From: Lingula anatina
Lineage: Eukaryota > Animalia > Brachiopoda
Assembly (NCBI GenBank): GCA_051362555.1
Contig: CM120643.1
Coordinates: 17,116,848 to 17,180,847, forward strand
Direction: 5' to 3'
Length of the DNA: 64,000 bases
The position numbers and the translations under genes were made by a program. Below are positions 62,460 through 64,000 of the stretch, one piece after another; within the stretch, counting starts at the first letter, position 1, and every line of letters starts with the position of its first letter. A model generated the notes under the pieces. That model searched no databases, was not told the DNA's origin, and saw nothing but the letters and a program-made list of their open reading frames with translations.

Positions 62460-63416
62460 ACGATCTATTCAAACCTCTAATTTGATTGGGAATGAGCCCT
62501 AAGACCACTTACATCATCTTTTCGGTCTTGATTGAAACACAAGGGACTCATATCGAATACAAATCTCTTTGTTATCATTTTATGATTATTGTGGGGACTA
62601 AACGGGACTACCTTATACAGTCTAAATGGCAATTGTTAAAAAAGAGTGAGATTGAAATCATCGAGCCGACTTTGCGTGGCTGACTGTCTGAGTTTAGAAA
62701 GCACACGCGTGCCTTTTGAACACGCATCACTTGATTAGAAAATATAACTTATCCGCGGTACTAGATGGCTGACTACTTATGGTTGAGTACTTTGGGATAA
62801 GGAAGTTCGGAGCGAAGTGGCGCCTCCTAACATCCTAGTTGTCTCATTTGGCCCTTCCTTCGGGCTAATGCAATCCTCGTCTGAACAATTTTTTACTTCT
62901 TCCTATTATTTTACCCTGCCCAACCTCTACGGTTAAAACGTACGGGTAACCAAGCCGTCTTCCAAACTGACCAGGCGTTCGTCCATACATTGCATTTCTC
63001 TCCCCTATTGATCAACGCAGTATTCTTGAGGGGCCCAGAATTCAAATCTGTGGGGATGGCTGGCACGTTTATATAGCTAAAAATCTTTATCTTAGCTGAA
63101 TGTTTAACTCACTTGGGGAGTTCAAAAATGCATCTTTTTCGCGGAGTTGTTTATTTTGTCTGATTCTGAGATCGGATTGGAATGGGCACAGAGCGTGTTA
63201 TCGGACGGCCAAGTAACGAAGAGACCCAATTGTACCTAAAGCCTTTTCATTTCTAGGGAAAATGCATAGTTGCATATTTTCTCCTTTAAATTAGGCCTAT
63301 ATTTTTGCAAGAAAACCGATCGACCTTAACCGCCTAAAATTAAATTAGTAACAGTTATATAGATAATTTGTGTAAATTTGTGTTTTAACATTATTATAGT
63401 CAGCACGGGTCTTTCT

Positions 63417-63422
<6 letters not shown>

Positions 63423-63467
<45 letters not shown>

Positions 63468-63478
63468 GCACACACACA

Positions 63479-63562
<84 letters not shown>
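63423..63562. repeat. Compound (CT)n(CA)n(CT)n(CA)n microsatellite
   Basis: Seen directly in sequence. Confidence 0.95.
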
Positions 63563-63566
<4 letters not shown>

Positions 63567-64000
63567 TGCGTCCACGCACAAACATACAGTCTCACACACT
63601 GTCAATTCACATACGTATCAAAGGTCTGTTTTATCCTTCCTATCTGTAGTTTAACGCTTATGATAGAAACATCAATCAAATCATAATGTATGGGTTCTCT
63701 CTACTCAGCTCGGTGCAAGGAACACATCCATTTATCTATCTAAATTTTAAATATAAGGTAATCGACTAATTATAGTTATGTTCCTGTCTAGGGAATGCAA
63801 CTATTACAATTAAGATATGGAGAAGCTGGAGCGGATTGCAATTACAACAAATCATGTCAATCTTCAGTGGTGCAGATGTGAGAAATATCTCAGATACAAT
63901 GTATAAGGATGGTTTGGAGAGGTTCCTCCGTTGAGTGATAAGATAAAAGTCTAGCAAGATGAAAGATAAGAAATAGGTTTCACGTTTTTTACAAGGCAAT

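Overview
AT-rich, intron-rich animal genomic DNA that looks like a marine invertebrate (the taxon cannot be fixed from sequence). No prokaryotic genes, CRISPR arrays, rRNA or tRNA were seen. Positions 231-33831 (+) hold the 3' 47 exons of one very large gene whose 5' end lies upstream of the window. Hand splicing at GT-AG junctions gives 9198 nt of uninterrupted frame (3065 aa plus stop), with every intron phase compatible. The product is a single-pass type I membrane protein. In order it has a His/Gly repeat, three copies of an unrecognised ~60-aa helical module, 21 x GFTGDS followed by G-RKKR, three bacterial-adhesin-like (cadherin-like) repeats, DCxG...CGxC cysteine repeats, IPT/TIG-like domains, a polycystin-1-type REJ module, a GAIN/GPS domain with a non-canonical cleavage site plus an RRRRRKKR site, a Thr-rich stalk, an SEA domain (GSIIV), one TM helix and a ~125-aa tail. 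The introns carry a solo LTR, several MITEs and microsatellites. Positions ~35.2-64 kb are CpG-richer intergenic DNA with MITEs, a Helentron-type element, a decayed Tc1 transposase and weak promoter or non-coding-exon candidates. Domain calls come from motif recognition, not from database searches.
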